DNA from: an uncultured Gammaproteobacteria bacterium
GTDB taxonomy: Bacteria > Pseudomonadota > Gammaproteobacteria > GCA-002705445 > GCA-002716945
Direction of reading: 5' to 3'
NCBI GenBank assembly: GCA_902559355.1
Contig: CACEHM010000004.1
Coordinates: 18,679 to 82,678, forward strand
Length of the DNA: 64,000 bases
Of the stretch, positions 17,635 to 28,376 are shown in pieces. How positions within the stretch are numbered: position 1 is the stretch's first letter; each line of letters starts with the position of its first letter. Below the pieces are notes generated by a model that was not told the origin of the DNA, did no database searches, and was given only the letters and a program-made list of their open reading frames with translations. A program made the position numbers and the translations under genes.

Positions 17635-18512
17635 AATCACATTTAATTATTCAGGGCCCATTTTTCAGTGATAATAAAATTCATACAAAGAAATCTATTA
17701 TTTCAGCTATCGAATCGGGTATTTTCTCGAAAGTAACATTGTCAACTTATGATCACCCTGAGCTGAATGATTTAAGAAAATCATATGACATAGAAGTTAT
17801 AATCAATGAAGATCCAGGTAGTCAAGGCAGAGAGGTTTATAGAAAAAAATATCAAAATATTAATCGTCAGATAAAAACCATAACAAGTGGAGTAATAGTT
17901 GATGAGTTTGATTATTCAATGAAAATTCGGAGTGATTGCTATATTTATCAGGCAAATAAGCTTGAAAGAGTAATAAATGATTTTATGACTTCTAATAAAA
18001 AGTTTCTTCTAACTGACAGTTCATCTGTAAGATTTGATATTGATCATCCTAGGACCTTGTATCATCTTTCAGACTGGTTCATAGGATTTAAGCAAGAAAA
18101 ATCCAAACTTGTAAAAAGTATTCCGTTTATAGATGAAAAATACAATGAATCTTGGCTAAATGAACAAAGTCATGAAATTAAGAGTTTATATAAGAGAAAG
18201 AAATTAAGTAATAGGTATGGAGCAGAAGTCTGGATTACTCTGAATTTATTGTCTAAAGTTAAATTTCCTATTAAACATTCATTAGATTATTCGATTGGTG
18301 CTGAGAAACAATTTACTAGTGACCTTAAAAAAGTTATGTGTGCACCAATGTACTCGATGGGTATGAGATGTATGAAGATGAGGTCAGTACATATACCTCA
18401 CTTGGACAGATATGAGAACTACTTAGGAAGGTTAGAGAAAATTATTTATAAAGTAATTGGTTTTTTTTATAAGATCTATGCAGAGGCTCGTCAGAAATTC
18501 ATAAATAATTGA
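17631..18512 (+). CDS. hypothetical glycan-cluster protein (possibly WavE-like)
   Basis: Starts HLIIQGPF. Internal KIRSDCY and YHLSDWFIGF recall what I remember of the WavE LPS-synthesis family. This rests on recollection only. Confidence 0.3.
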   Translation: MKSHLIIQGPFFSDNKIHTKKSIISAIESGIFSKVTLSTYDHPELNDLRKSYDIEVIINEDPGSQGREVYRKKYQNINRQIKTITSGVIVDEFDYSMKIRSDCYIYQANKLERVINDFMTSNKKFLLTDSSSVRFDIDHPRTLYHLSDWFIGFKQEKSKLVKSIPFIDEKYNESWLNEQSHEIKSLYKRKKLSNRYGAEVWITLNLLSKVKFPIKHSLDYSIGAEKQFTSDLKKVMCAPMYSMGMRCMKMRSVHIPHLDRYENYLGRLEKIIYKVIGFFYKIYAEARQKFINN

Positions 18513-18602
18513 TATGATTATTAATATCATTTTAAGATTTTATCATTGCTGTAATATTTTAACTATTGCTATCATCAGATAAAGTTTATAATGTAACTCT
18601 AT

Positions 18603-19619
18603 ATGAAGATATTAATTACAGGTATTTGTGGCTTCGTTGGCTCTTCTCTAGCTCAAATATTATGTAAAGATGATCAGCTTGATATACATGGGGTTGACGA
18701 CCTCTCATTTGGATACAAACAAAGAATTGAAGGTTTAGAAAACAAAATTATTTTTTATGAAAAAGATGTAGATAGCTTTTGTTTATCAGATGAAACAAAC
18801 TTTGACATTATAATAAATGCTGCTGCGGTAGCGCCACTTCCCGATAATCAAGTAAATCACAATCGTTCTCTGGCCATAAATGTAGGAACTTTAGGTTCAT
18901 TAATAGATTTTATGATAAAAACAGGTTGCAAAAAAATGATTCATTTTAGTTCTTCAGCAGTATATGAAGGACTCCCATCGAAAATATACTCTGGCCATGC
19001 AGTTGGAGATAAATTAGAACCACATTTGATGTATCCAATAAGTAAATACCTTTCGGAGGTATATCTTGAAGCACAAGCAAAAGTATATGGTTTTGATATA
19101 ACAGCTCTAAGGCTATTCAATCTTTATGGTCCGAGACAGGATTATTTTAGAAAACAACCACCATTGTTGGGATATTTAATAAAAAATATCTTACAAAAAA
19201 AACCTGTTACTTTATTCGCGTCACCTGAAGCAAAGCGAGACTATATCTATATTCTAGATTTGATTAATTTTATAAAAATAATACTAAATCAATCATATAT
19301 TGAAAAAAGATATAAGGCTGTAAATATAGGTAGTGGCAGCGCATACTCAGTTTATGATTTGGTTGAAAAGCTTGAAGAAATTTCCGGTCAAAAATTAATT
19401 TATAACAAAGGCAATAAGAAGAAGTTTTGGGATAAGTACCCATCAATGTTTGAGAACAAAATCCCTCTACCAGAGGATATTGTTCAAACTGAAGTTGATA
19501 AAGTATCATTTTGTAATCTTGATGAAACTATAAAGCAATTCAATTGGTCACCAGAAACTAAGATAGAAAGTGGACTTAAAATGTGTTTTGATTATGCTAA
19601 GAAAATAATTAATACCTAG
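18603..19619 (+). CDS. NAD-dependent NDP-sugar epimerase/dehydratase
   Basis: ILITGICGFVGSSL and YPISK (YxxxK). Confidence 0.75.
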   Translation: MKILITGICGFVGSSLAQILCKDDQLDIHGVDDLSFGYKQRIEGLENKIIFYEKDVDSFCLSDETNFDIIINAAAVAPLPDNQVNHNRSLAINVGTLGSLIDFMIKTGCKKMIHFSSSAVYEGLPSKIYSGHAVGDKLEPHLMYPISKYLSEVYLEAQAKVYGFDITALRLFNLYGPRQDYFRKQPPLLGYLIKNILQKKPVTLFASPEAKRDYIYILDLINFIKIILNQSYIEKRYKAVNIGSGSAYSVYDLVEKLEEISGQKLIYNKGNKKKFWDKYPSMFENKIPLPEDIVQTEVDKVSFCNLDETIKQFNWSPETKIESGLKMCFDYAKKIINT

Positions 19620-19625
19620 AAATAA

Positions 19626-20738
19626 ATGAATAAACTCACATTACTATTCTCTGGTAAAAGAGGTGGTGGAATAACTGACCTTACAAATATAATAAATGGA
19701 TTTATTGATAATGAAAATACTCAAATAAAATTAAGCATTATCACTCTTAGGAGGTTCGACCATCTTGAAAAATTATGTAGTGAAAACAATATCAAATATT
19801 CGTTCATAACGAATGAGTGTAATAATTTCTTTAAAGAATTTTATGTGAATATAATTTATATTTTAACGGTAATTAAAAATATTTTCTTTGCTGAAAAGCT
19901 GATGTTCACTATGACACATCCTAATCTTTTGCTCTTACCAATATATAGATTTATATCTTTTTTCACAAAATGTCATTTGTATTATATTAGGCATAATCCT
20001 ACGGGATTTAGGCATGTGGAAAATAGTTTAAAAAATAAACTTATAGTTTTATCTGACTGTGTTGCTAGTATCTTTTCTCATAGACTTCTTTTTTTTTCAA
20101 AAAATGTTTTGAAAACTTTTGAGCAATCAGTCTATAAAAATAAATTATATTATATTGGGTTTGGAGTTAATTCTTTTAATGAATTACCTGAAAAATCTTA
20201 TAGTACCAGCATACAAACATTTATTTTTTTTGGAAGATGCTTACCATATAAGGGTTTAGATGTTCTTATAGAAGCATTGAGTCTTATAGATGATCGCCGT
20301 TTAAATTTTATAATTGCCTCTAATTCAATACAAAAGGACTACATTGATGAACTTTCTATTCTGAAAAGTTATCATAATATCGATATTTTCAATGAATGGT
20401 TAGACGACCATAAACTTGATATCTTATTTAAAAAATCGACTTGCGCGATACTTCCATATAAAGAAATCTCTCAAAGCGGCCCCATTCTCACATCTGTAGG
20501 ATATAAAATTCCTGTAATTGCATCAGATCTTTCAGGAGTAAGGGAATATCTAACTGATTATGTGGATTCTTTACTATTTATTTCAGAGGATCCGGCGAAT
20601 CTGAGAGAAAAAATCTTATTGTTTAATGACTCTGCTAATATACAAAACAAGCTTAGAAAAGGTATTCTAGATACAGCGAAAAAATTCTCTTGGAAAAATG
20701 TTAGTATTAATATCGAAAATATAATTACTGATGACTAA
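19626..20738 (+). CDS. glycosyltransferase family 4 (GT-B, group 1)
   Basis: C-terminal EISQSGPILTSVGYKIPVIASDLSGVREYL fits the E-x7-E-type GT4 region. Confidence 0.6.
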   Translation: MNKLTLLFSGKRGGGITDLTNIINGFIDNENTQIKLSIITLRRFDHLEKLCSENNIKYSFITNECNNFFKEFYVNIIYILTVIKNIFFAEKLMFTMTHPNLLLLPIYRFISFFTKCHLYYIRHNPTGFRHVENSLKNKLIVLSDCVASIFSHRLLFFSKNVLKTFEQSVYKNKLYYIGFGVNSFNELPEKSYSTSIQTFIFFGRCLPYKGLDVLIEALSLIDDRRLNFIIASNSIQKDYIDELSILKSYHNIDIFNEWLDDHKLDILFKKSTCAILPYKEISQSGPILTSVGYKIPVIASDLSGVREYLTDYVDSLLFISEDPANLREKILLFNDSANIQNKLRKGILDTAKKFSWKNVSINIENIITDD

Positions 20739-21276
20739 ATATATAAAAGAATTAATTTATTATTCATGCCATAGATTATTATGGCTACTATTTTTAATTC
20801 CTAGCATTCATTTGAAAAAAGTTATTTTATTGATGTGTGGCTCAAAAATAGGTAAAAACGTATCTATCCATATTGGTGTTAAAATTATAGCACCCTGGAA
20901 TTTGGAAATAGGGGATAATTGTACTATTAATTCATCATGCATGATTGATGCCAGAGGAGGAATATCTATATCAAATAACGTAATGATTGGCTATCAAAGC
21001 TCTGTACATTCAATAGGACACAATTATAGAGAGGATAATTTTCCAGTTTTTAAATCAGCTGTTAAAGTAGACTCTGATGTCGTTATATTTTCTCACTGCT
21101 TCATAGGTCCAGGAGTTCATCTAAAACATGGTTGTACACTTTTACCTACAACAACTGTATTTAAGGGTGTGTACGACGAGAGATCTACTTTAATCGGGAA
21201 CCCATGCAAAGTTATCAATAAAAATGGAAATGTAGTCCGTGGGAAACAGTTTCATAATAGTCCTTTTGGATTCTAA
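20731..21276 (+). CDS. hexapeptide-repeat (LbH) O-acetyltransferase, WcaF-like
   Basis: Repeated [LIV]-G-x4 turns: IGKNVSIHIGVKI, IGDNCTINSSCMI, ISNNVMIGYQSSV. Hydrophobic N-terminus. Confidence 0.65.
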   Translation: MTKYIKELIYYSCHRLLWLLFLIPSIHLKKVILLMCGSKIGKNVSIHIGVKIIAPWNLEIGDNCTINSSCMIDARGGISISNNVMIGYQSSVHSIGHNYREDNFPVFKSAVKVDSDVVIFSHCFIGPGVHLKHGCTLLPTTTVFKGVYDERSTLIGNPCKVINKNGNVVRGKQFHNSPFGF

Positions 21277-22331
21277 TGCTACCTTATTTTTCAATCCTTA
21301 GTTTTTCTGCCCTAACAGCTTTTCTAATTTACGATTCAAAGTATCGTAAGTATGATGAAGTCTTTATTTTTCTACTCTTTATTCTAGTTTCTCTATTTCT
21401 AGGTTTTCGGAGTATAGAGATAGGGCCGGATTGGTTTAGTTACAAAGAGCTATTTCAAAACCAAATCAATTTTCCATTTATTCATAGTATAACGATCGGA
21501 GACCCAGCTTACTTTGGTTTGACATGGATAGTAAGAAGGTTCACTGATGACATATTATATGTGAATATTCCAATGGCTTTCATAACTATGTATTTTTATT
21601 ATATGTTTTGTAAGTTTCAAAAGTACTCAGCATTTAGCTTTTTCATTGGATTACCATTTCTAATTCTTTTTATAATAAACTTTCCCCGTCAAGCCGCTGC
21701 AATGACAATAATTGCATACTCTATGAAATATATACTTGTTGGAAGTAAAAAAGAATATCTCTTATTTATACTTTTAGCAACCCTCTTTCATAAAACAGCA
21801 ATTGTATTTCTTGTATTATTAGTTGATGATTTAGAAAAGTTTAAACTTAGAAATATTTTACTTCTCAGTATAGTGATAATATCTTTTTTCTTACTATTTG
21901 TTAGCAAATATCTCTCAGGTTATGTCTTAAACTTTTCAACTTACATGCAATCAAGTGCTGCACATTTAAAAGGAATGATTTACTTACTGCCAGCAGCTAC
22001 CTACCTAATATTCTATAAGCAGATTAAATATGAAATGTCATTAGAGGAGACTTTCATTATTAAAAGATTAGCTATGATTATAATTTTTTCCTATTTTTTA
22101 ATTTTTCTTCATCCATTCTTGTATAATGCAATGGATAGACTATTTATATATTTTTTGCCTATTGAAGTTTTAATATTTGGAAATTATTTAATAAGAGCGA
22201 TAAAGGGAAATCAAATACTTATGTATATAAGCATGATAATTGTATATAAATTTGTATTATTCTTTGTCTGGTTATTTTTAGGGAACAAATCAACTTTTTT
22301 TTTACCATTTAAATTTTATACTTTACCCTGA
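21276..22331 (+). CDS. EpsG/Wzy-like polysaccharide polymerase (polytopic membrane protein)
   Basis: About 10 hydrophobic segments. The loop GPDWFSYKELF resembles the EpsG-family G-x-D-x2-x-Y motif. Confidence 0.55.
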   Translation: MLPYFSILSFSALTAFLIYDSKYRKYDEVFIFLLFILVSLFLGFRSIEIGPDWFSYKELFQNQINFPFIHSITIGDPAYFGLTWIVRRFTDDILYVNIPMAFITMYFYYMFCKFQKYSAFSFFIGLPFLILFIINFPRQAAAMTIIAYSMKYILVGSKKEYLLFILLATLFHKTAIVFLVLLVDDLEKFKLRNILLLSIVIISFFLLFVSKYLSGYVLNFSTYMQSSAAHLKGMIYLLPAATYLIFYKQIKYEMSLEETFIIKRLAMIIIFSYFLIFLHPFLYNAMDRLFIYFLPIEVLIFGNYLIRAIKGNQILMYISMIIVYKFVLFFVWLFLGNKSTFFLPFKFYTLP

Positions 22332-22333
22332 TT

Positions 22334-23503
22334 TTGAGAAAGAATATAAAAAGACCATGTACTTTAGTGCGAGTATTGACTGACAGCAATTCTTTCAAGT
22401 GGCATATATTCAATAATATGAAATATCTAGATGAAAAATATAAAATATATATTATTGGTAACGACGTAGAGATATTTAAAAAAAAATGTCCAAATGTTAG
22501 TTTTATCAATATGAAAATAAAACGAAAACCAAGTTTGTTTATGGATTTCTTAGCATTAGTAAAACTTATTTATCTCTTTATAAAGATAAAGCCAGATATT
22601 GTTCATTCAATTATGCCAAAGTCTGGTCTTCTTGCAGCTATTGCAGGTTTCATGACCAGAGTCCCAATAAGAATTCATACATTTACTGGACAAGTATGGG
22701 CAACACAAACTGGATTAAAGAAACTCTTTTACCTCAAATTAGACGGCTTAGTAAATAGTTTAAATACAATATGCTTAGCAGATAGCTATTCTCAATCAAT
22801 TTTTCTCAAGCAACATAAAATCGCATATAAAGGTGATAATTTGCCCGTATTGAATAAAGGATCTGTTTGTGGAGTAGACTTCGATGAAGTAAACAAAACT
22901 CTTTCTAGAGAAAATATCAATAACATACAGTCGTTGAAAAGTAAGTACAATATTAATAAAGATGATTTTGTTTATACATACATTGCCAGAAAAACAAAAG
23001 ATAAGGGAGCTATAGATATTTTGAAAGCATTTGAAAAAGTTTGTAATGATAATCAAGATAAAAATTTGAAACTTTTTTTTATTGGGCCCGATGAAGAGGA
23101 AATAAATATATCTAACTTTCTTAAAATGAATATTGATAAAGTTATAAATATTGGCAGTGTTGATAATCATCTACAATTTATATTCCTAACCAACGTTTTA
23201 TGTTTACCTAGTTACAGGGAGGGATTTGGTTCTATAATTATAGATGCAGCTGCTATGAAAGTTCCTTCATTGGGTTATGATATTCCAGGATTACAGGATT
23301 CTATTAGTAACAACATAACAGGCATCTTATCAAAAAAAGGTGATATAAAGTCTTTTTCTGAGAATATGTATCGTTTGTTTGCAGATGATGAACTTAGGGA
23401 AAAAATGGGGCTCAATGCACATAGTAACGCTATTCAAAACTATAGTGCTAAAGTCATGTCAGAGTATTATTGTAAGTTTTACGAAGACTTGACAAGCTCA
23501 TAA
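22334..23503 (+). CDS. glycosyltransferase family 4
   Basis: LPSYREGFGSIIIDAAAMKVPSLGYDIPGLQDSI (GT4 E-x7-E region). TTG start 2 nt after the upstream stop. Confidence 0.7.
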   Translation: MRKNIKRPCTLVRVLTDSNSFKWHIFNNMKYLDEKYKIYIIGNDVEIFKKKCPNVSFINMKIKRKPSLFMDFLALVKLIYLFIKIKPDIVHSIMPKSGLLAAIAGFMTRVPIRIHTFTGQVWATQTGLKKLFYLKLDGLVNSLNTICLADSYSQSIFLKQHKIAYKGDNLPVLNKGSVCGVDFDEVNKTLSRENINNIQSLKSKYNINKDDFVYTYIARKTKDKGAIDILKAFEKVCNDNQDKNLKLFFIGPDEEEINISNFLKMNIDKVINIGSVDNHLQFIFLTNVLCLPSYREGFGSIIIDAAAMKVPSLGYDIPGLQDSISNNITGILSKKGDIKSFSENMYRLFADDELREKMGLNAHSNAIQNYSAKVMSEYYCKFYEDLTSS

Positions 23504-24423
23504 ATATATTTATGTAGTGGTTTTTTTGGTTTATAACCTAATTCTCTTGTCGCTTTAGTTGAGTCAATAATTGACCTACAAGTTAGTGCTCTAATTACTG
23601 AATCAGTTAAAGGAAAGCCTAATACTTTTGGTAACATTTTTGTCATGAGTTTTGCAAATTTTTGGTTGATTACAAGGTTAATCTTTTTTATTTTTAACAA
23701 ATCAGTTACTTCATTAATAGTAAGAGATATCTTTGAATCATTCGAGATATTATAGATCCCTGAATATGCATGTTTAGATGATATGATTGAGACAATCAAA
23801 TCTGTCAAGTCATCCACATGTAAATATGATAAAATGTTATTCTTCGAGCCTATATAAAAAAATAATCTTCGTTTAATAAGTTTTATAAGACGCCTTAATG
23901 AGTCATTTGACATATCTTTACCAAAAATTGCAGTACTCCTGAGAATGTAGACTTGAATAAATTTACTTCTAGATGCTTCTAGTAAAATATCATCAGCATT
24001 CCACTTTGTTTTTTCGTAATAATTATCAGTATGAATTTCAGCATCTTCGCCAATATATTCATAACTTTTTTTATTATGATAATTTCTTTTATATATGCCT
24101 GCGCTTCCTAATTGAATCCACTTAATATTTTCCTTTCTATAATTAATTATATCTAGTAATTTTTTTACTCCATGAACATTTGTCTCTTCCATTTTATTCT
24201 GATCAATAATTTCTCCGGCACAATTTATTATAAAATCAACATCTTCAACGAATGATTCAAGAACCGTATAATCTGATGATAACGTTCCCTTTATTATAGT
24301 TACATTTTTATAATTGTTAGCGTTGGATGATGACAGTACTTTTACATGATGGCCGTCTTTTATAAGCTTTTGCAGTAAATTCTTCCCAACAAATCCATTC
24401 GACCCCGTTAAAGATATTTTCAT
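23479..24423 (-). CDS. NAD-dependent NDP-sugar epimerase/dehydratase
   Basis: ISLTGSNGFVGKNL and YEKTK (YxxxK). The only reverse-strand gene in the island. Its 3' end overlaps the convergent GT4 gene by 25 nt. Confidence 0.7.
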   Translation of the reverse strand: MKISLTGSNGFVGKNLLQKLIKDGHHVKVLSSSNANNYKNVTIIKGTLSSDYTVLESFVEDVDFIINCAGEIIDQNKMEETNVHGVKKLLDIINYRKENIKWIQLGSAGIYKRNYHNKKSYEYIGEDAEIHTDNYYEKTKWNADDILLEASRSKFIQVYILRSTAIFGKDMSNDSLRRLIKLIKRRLFFYIGSKNNILSYLHVDDLTDLIVSIISSKHAYSGIYNISNDSKISLTINEVTDLLKIKKINLVINQKFAKLMTKMLPKVLGFPLTDSVIRALTCRSIIDSTKATRELGYKPKKPLHKYIYELVKSS

Positions 24424-24472
24424 AATGATATTAAATCATAATTAGTATTCTATTTCATTTCAAAACATTATT

Positions 24473-25759
24473 ATGTGTATAATTGGAGAAATGCTAATAC
24501 ACACGAACACATATCTTAAACTAATAGACTTTCTCGCTCCATTAATTGCAATGCTATCATTACTGCCACTCCTTGGTGAAATTAATGGAGATTTATATTT
24601 ATTAGCATTACTCGCAGGTGTGAGCCTTGTATTGCATTCCTCATTCTCTGAATATTATTATAATTATTATCTTACATATATGGATTCAAAATTGAGGATT
24701 GCAATAACCTCATGGCTATTTTCTATACTAGTGACTTTCATATATATTTACTTTGTAAATCCTAATATGCCAAGCACTTTTCTGTGTCTTGTATGGGCCT
24801 TAATCACACCTTCGATTATCTTGCTACTAAAGTTCTTCTTAAAAAGAATAATTCTTAGAAGTAATGAATATATTCATAAAATTATTATTATCGGCGATGA
24901 ATACAAGTTGACTAGTATAGAATATGACAGGCTTGTCACGAAAGGTTATCAAATTATTTTTGTCAAAGATGTATCAGAATTTTCAAAAATATACTCATCA
25001 CTAGAAAACATTGATAGGGTCGTGATTAATACAGCAAGCTTTGATATATATAGTCTTGAAAATAATATGAGATATAGTAAGAAAATAATATCTATGTCCT
25101 CTTTTCTAGAATTATATCAACGCAAACTATCTATCAATAAAAAAGACATAGAAAGTATATTAAATATCAATCCTTTTCCAAAAAAAGTCTATTTTTTTAA
25201 ACGTATCTGTGACTATATTCTTCCCATCATATTTTCTCTCCCAATTATTATAATTTTACTTTTTTCATTTGTAATTCAAAAGCTACAAGCACCAGGTAAA
25301 TTTTTTTTCCTTCAAAATAGAGTAGGACAGGACAAAGTACAATTTAGTGTTTTCAAAATAAGAACAATGTATGAAAAAACAGCATATGATCCATATACTC
25401 GAGAAAATGATGAGAGAATATACCCATTTGGAAATAAATTACGAATATATAGATTTGATGAAATTCCACAAATTATAAATGTAATCAAAGGGGACATGCA
25501 TATGATTGGCCCTAGAGCAGAATGGGATATTTTAGCAAATGATTATGAAAAAAATATCGAATGCTATGATATTAGGTCTATAGTAAAACCTGGCATCACT
25601 GGATGGGCACAAGTAATGTTTAGATATGGATCAAATTTAGAGGATTCAAAACAAAAACTAATGTATGATTTATACTATATTAAAAATTGGTCAGTGTGGC
25701 TTGAATTTGAAATTGCAATTCGCACATTTATGGTAATTTTCAATAAAGGTGGATTATAA
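24473..25759 (+). CDS. polyprenyl-phosphate glycosylphosphotransferase (WbaP/bacterial sugar transferase family), initiating enzyme
   Basis: N-terminal TM block, then the C-terminal catalytic domain FKIRTM, DEIPQIINVIKGDMHMIGPR, KPGITGWAQV. Confidence 0.85.
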   Translation: MCIIGEMLIHTNTYLKLIDFLAPLIAMLSLLPLLGEINGDLYLLALLAGVSLVLHSSFSEYYYNYYLTYMDSKLRIAITSWLFSILVTFIYIYFVNPNMPSTFLCLVWALITPSIILLLKFFLKRIILRSNEYIHKIIIIGDEYKLTSIEYDRLVTKGYQIIFVKDVSEFSKIYSSLENIDRVVINTASFDIYSLENNMRYSKKIISMSSFLELYQRKLSINKKDIESILNINPFPKKVYFFKRICDYILPIIFSLPIIIILLFSFVIQKLQAPGKFFFLQNRVGQDKVQFSVFKIRTMYEKTAYDPYTRENDERIYPFGNKLRIYRFDEIPQIINVIKGDMHMIGPRAEWDILANDYEKNIECYDIRSIVKPGITGWAQVMFRYGSNLEDSKQKLMYDLYYIKNWSVWLEFEIAIRTFMVIFNKGGL

Positions 25760-25772
25760 TAATAGGTGATAC

Positions 25773-26618
25773 ATGAGTAATGCAGAATCTGTAATATTTA
25801 ATAGCGATTCTCTTGAATTCAGAGGCTCTCTATCTAGGACCAGCTGGATTCAGTCTCTATGTGATACTGGCAAAAAAGTATTCAAGTATAATCATAGCGA
25901 TTATAATTTTGATAAAGAAATTATTGACTTACTTAAAGACCGAGGTTTTATTCATTCCTCTGTTCGTTTAGATAAAATTCATGAGGAGCTTTCAACTGAT
26001 GATATGACCGTGGACGTTAATCAAATAAATAATATTGTTAAGACTTGTTATGAGACAAATGAGCGTATCGGCAACTTATATCATGAGTTTATTAGAAAAT
26101 GTGTTAAGCCGATAATGGATGATCAGATTTATTTTCAAAAAACGCCAACGTTTAGATTTAGTTTTCCTAAGTCTATAGGTATGACAAAAAGAGACTATCA
26201 TAATGACATCATGCTTGGTCATCCTCCAGAAGAGCTTAATATATGGGCGCCATTTACTAATTCATCACAGAGTAAATCTTTTGTTATTCTTCCATTAGAT
26301 AAAAGTCTCTATTTGTTAAAAAAATTTGATTATAATTTACAGTCCCTCCACCAAGCAATTTGGAAGGATAACAAGATTAAACAATTCTGCGATGACAATA
26401 CAGACATTGTCTCTTTGGATAAAGATGAGTTTCTGATATTTGATTCTAGATGTCTACATGCTGCTATTTTAAATGAATCAGAATATACAAGAGTAAGTAT
26501 GGATATACGCATAATTAGAGTTAATGAATACAATAATCTTCCTTTTACATACATTGGTACAGGAAGAAGAAAGGCTAAGTTTACACCAGATGATTACTAC
26601 CATCAAAATGAAATATAA
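25773..26618 (+). CDS. putative Fe(II)/2-oxoglutarate-dependent oxygenase-like protein
   Basis: DYHND supplies an HxD dyad. A distal His lies in FDSRCLHAA, followed by RVSMDIR (possible 2OG-binding Arg). Spacing is PhyH-like. By-eye call only. Confidence 0.35.
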   Translation: MSNAESVIFNSDSLEFRGSLSRTSWIQSLCDTGKKVFKYNHSDYNFDKEIIDLLKDRGFIHSSVRLDKIHEELSTDDMTVDVNQINNIVKTCYETNERIGNLYHEFIRKCVKPIMDDQIYFQKTPTFRFSFPKSIGMTKRDYHNDIMLGHPPEELNIWAPFTNSSQSKSFVILPLDKSLYLLKKFDYNLQSLHQAIWKDNKIKQFCDDNTDIVSLDKDEFLIFDSRCLHAAILNESEYTRVSMDIRIIRVNEYNNLPFTYIGTGRRKAKFTPDDYYHQNEI

Positions 26619-26665
26619 ACAATATTGATGTTTCGCATATATAATATTATATTGAGAACCTAAGT

Positions 26666-28339
26666 ATGAAAACCGATATAGAAATAGCACAAGCAGCCAA
26701 ATTAGAGAAAATCAACTCAATTGCTAAAAAACTAGATATCCCTGAGGACTCTTTGGAGCCATTTGGTCATTATAAAGCCAAAATCTCTCTGGATTTTCTA
26801 AATTCACTTGAATCAAAACCAGATGGCAAGCTTATTTTGGTAACTGCAATCAGCCCGACGCCAGCAGGTGAGGGCAAGACTACTACGTCTGTAGGATTAG
26901 GTGATGCACTCAATCATATAGGTAAAAAAGCATTAGTTACTATTAGAGAGCCATCTCTTGGCCCTGTCTTTGGTATGAAAGGTGGAGCTGCAGGAGGGGG
27001 TATGGCACAAGTTATTCCTATGGAAGACATAAACCTTCATTTCACCGGAGATTTTAATGCTATACAGTTAGCAAATAATCTACTTGCTGCAATGTTGGAC
27101 AATCATATCCATCATGGAAACAAGTTGGGCATTGACGTCAGGCGTGTTGCTTGGAAAAGAGTTCTTGATATGAACGACAGAGCACTAAGAAGCACTGTCT
27201 GCTCGCTTGGATCAATTGGCAACGGCTTTCCTAGAGAAGATGGGTTTGATATTGTCGTCGCCTCTGAGATTATGGCAATTTTCTGTCTAGCCACATCTAT
27301 TAAAGATTTAAAAACTAGATTGGGTAAAATAGTCATCGCATATACTAGAGAAAAAAAACCTATATTAGCTAGTGATATTAATGCACATGGTGCCATGACC
27401 GTGTTACTTAAAGATGCAATGAAACCAAACTTAGTTCAAACACTAGAAAATAATCCTGCAATGATTCATGGAGGACCATTTGCCAACATTGCACATGGAT
27501 GTAACTCTGTTATTGCGACAAAAGCATCGTTAAAACTAGCTGATTATGTTGTTACAGAAGCTGGATTTGGAGCAGACCTTGGAGCAGAAAAATTCCTTGA
27601 TATAAAATGTAGAAAAGCAAATATTAAGCCTTCCGTAGTAGTACTAGTAGCTACAATACGTGCTCTAAAATATCATGGTGGCTGTTCTCTAGATAAACTT
27701 AATAATGAGAGTACGGAATATTTATCAAAAGGATTAAGTAATCTTGAAAGACATATTCATAATTTAAAAAATAATTTTGGACTTCCTGTAGTTGTAGGTA
27801 TTAACGGTTTTTCATTCGATACTGAAAAAGAAAAAGAGCTTCTTAAAGCAAAATCAAATGAATTAAATGTTCCAATAGTATCGTCAACACACTGGGCAAA
27901 TGGCGGAAAAGGCGCGGAAGAATTAGCTAAAGCAGTAGTAAATGAAATAGAAAACGCAGAAAATAATTTTGAATATTTATATCCTGATGATATGCCGCTA
28001 TGGGATAAAATGGAAACTATAGCTAAAAAAATCTATGGAGCATCAACAATTTCAGCTCCAGCAAATATAAAGAAACAGATAGATGAATTACAGAAAAACG
28101 GATATGGGAATTTCCCTGTATGCGTTGCTAAAACTCAATATTCCTTCTCAACAGATCCAACGCTTAGAGGTGCACCTTCAAATCATGAGATACCTATTCG
28201 TGAAGTACGCTTATCTGCAGGGGCAGAGTTTATCGTAATGGTGTGTGGAGATATAATGACAATGCCTGGATTACCAAAAGTTCCTGCTGCAGAGAGAATT
28301 GATATTGATGATTCTGGAAATATTATTGGATTATTTTAA
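26666..28339 (+). CDS. fhs: formate--tetrahydrofolate ligase
   Basis: Full-length match to the Fhs pattern: MKTDIEIAQ..., [24 protein letters not shown]. Confidence 0.95.
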   Translation: MKTDIEIAQAAKLEKINSIAKKLDIPEDSLEPFGHYKAKISLDFLNSLESKPDGKLILVTAISPTPAGEGKTTTSVGLGDALNHIGKKALVTIREPSLGPVFGMKGGAAGGGMAQVIPMEDINLHFTGDFNAIQLANNLLAAMLDNHIHHGNKLGIDVRRVAWKRVLDMNDRALRSTVCSLGSIGNGFPREDGFDIVVASEIMAIFCLATSIKDLKTRLGKIVIAYTREKKPILASDINAHGAMTVLLKDAMKPNLVQTLENNPAMIHGGPFANIAHGCNSVIATKASLKLADYVVTEAGFGADLGAEKFLDIKCRKANIKPSVVVLVATIRALKYHGGCSLDKLNNESTEYLSKGLSNLERHIHNLKNNFGLPVVVGINGFSFDTEKEKELLKAKSNELNVPIVSSTHWANGGKGAEELAKAVVNEIENAENNFEYLYPDDMPLWDKMETIAKKIYGASTISAPANIKKQIDELQKNGYGNFPVCVAKTQYSFSTDPTLRGAPSNHEIPIREVRLSAGAEFIVMVCGDIMTMPGLPKVPAAERIDIDDSGNIIGLF

Positions 28340-28376
28340 TATCTTGTCATTAGCATAAGATGTTAAGAGTTTAATC

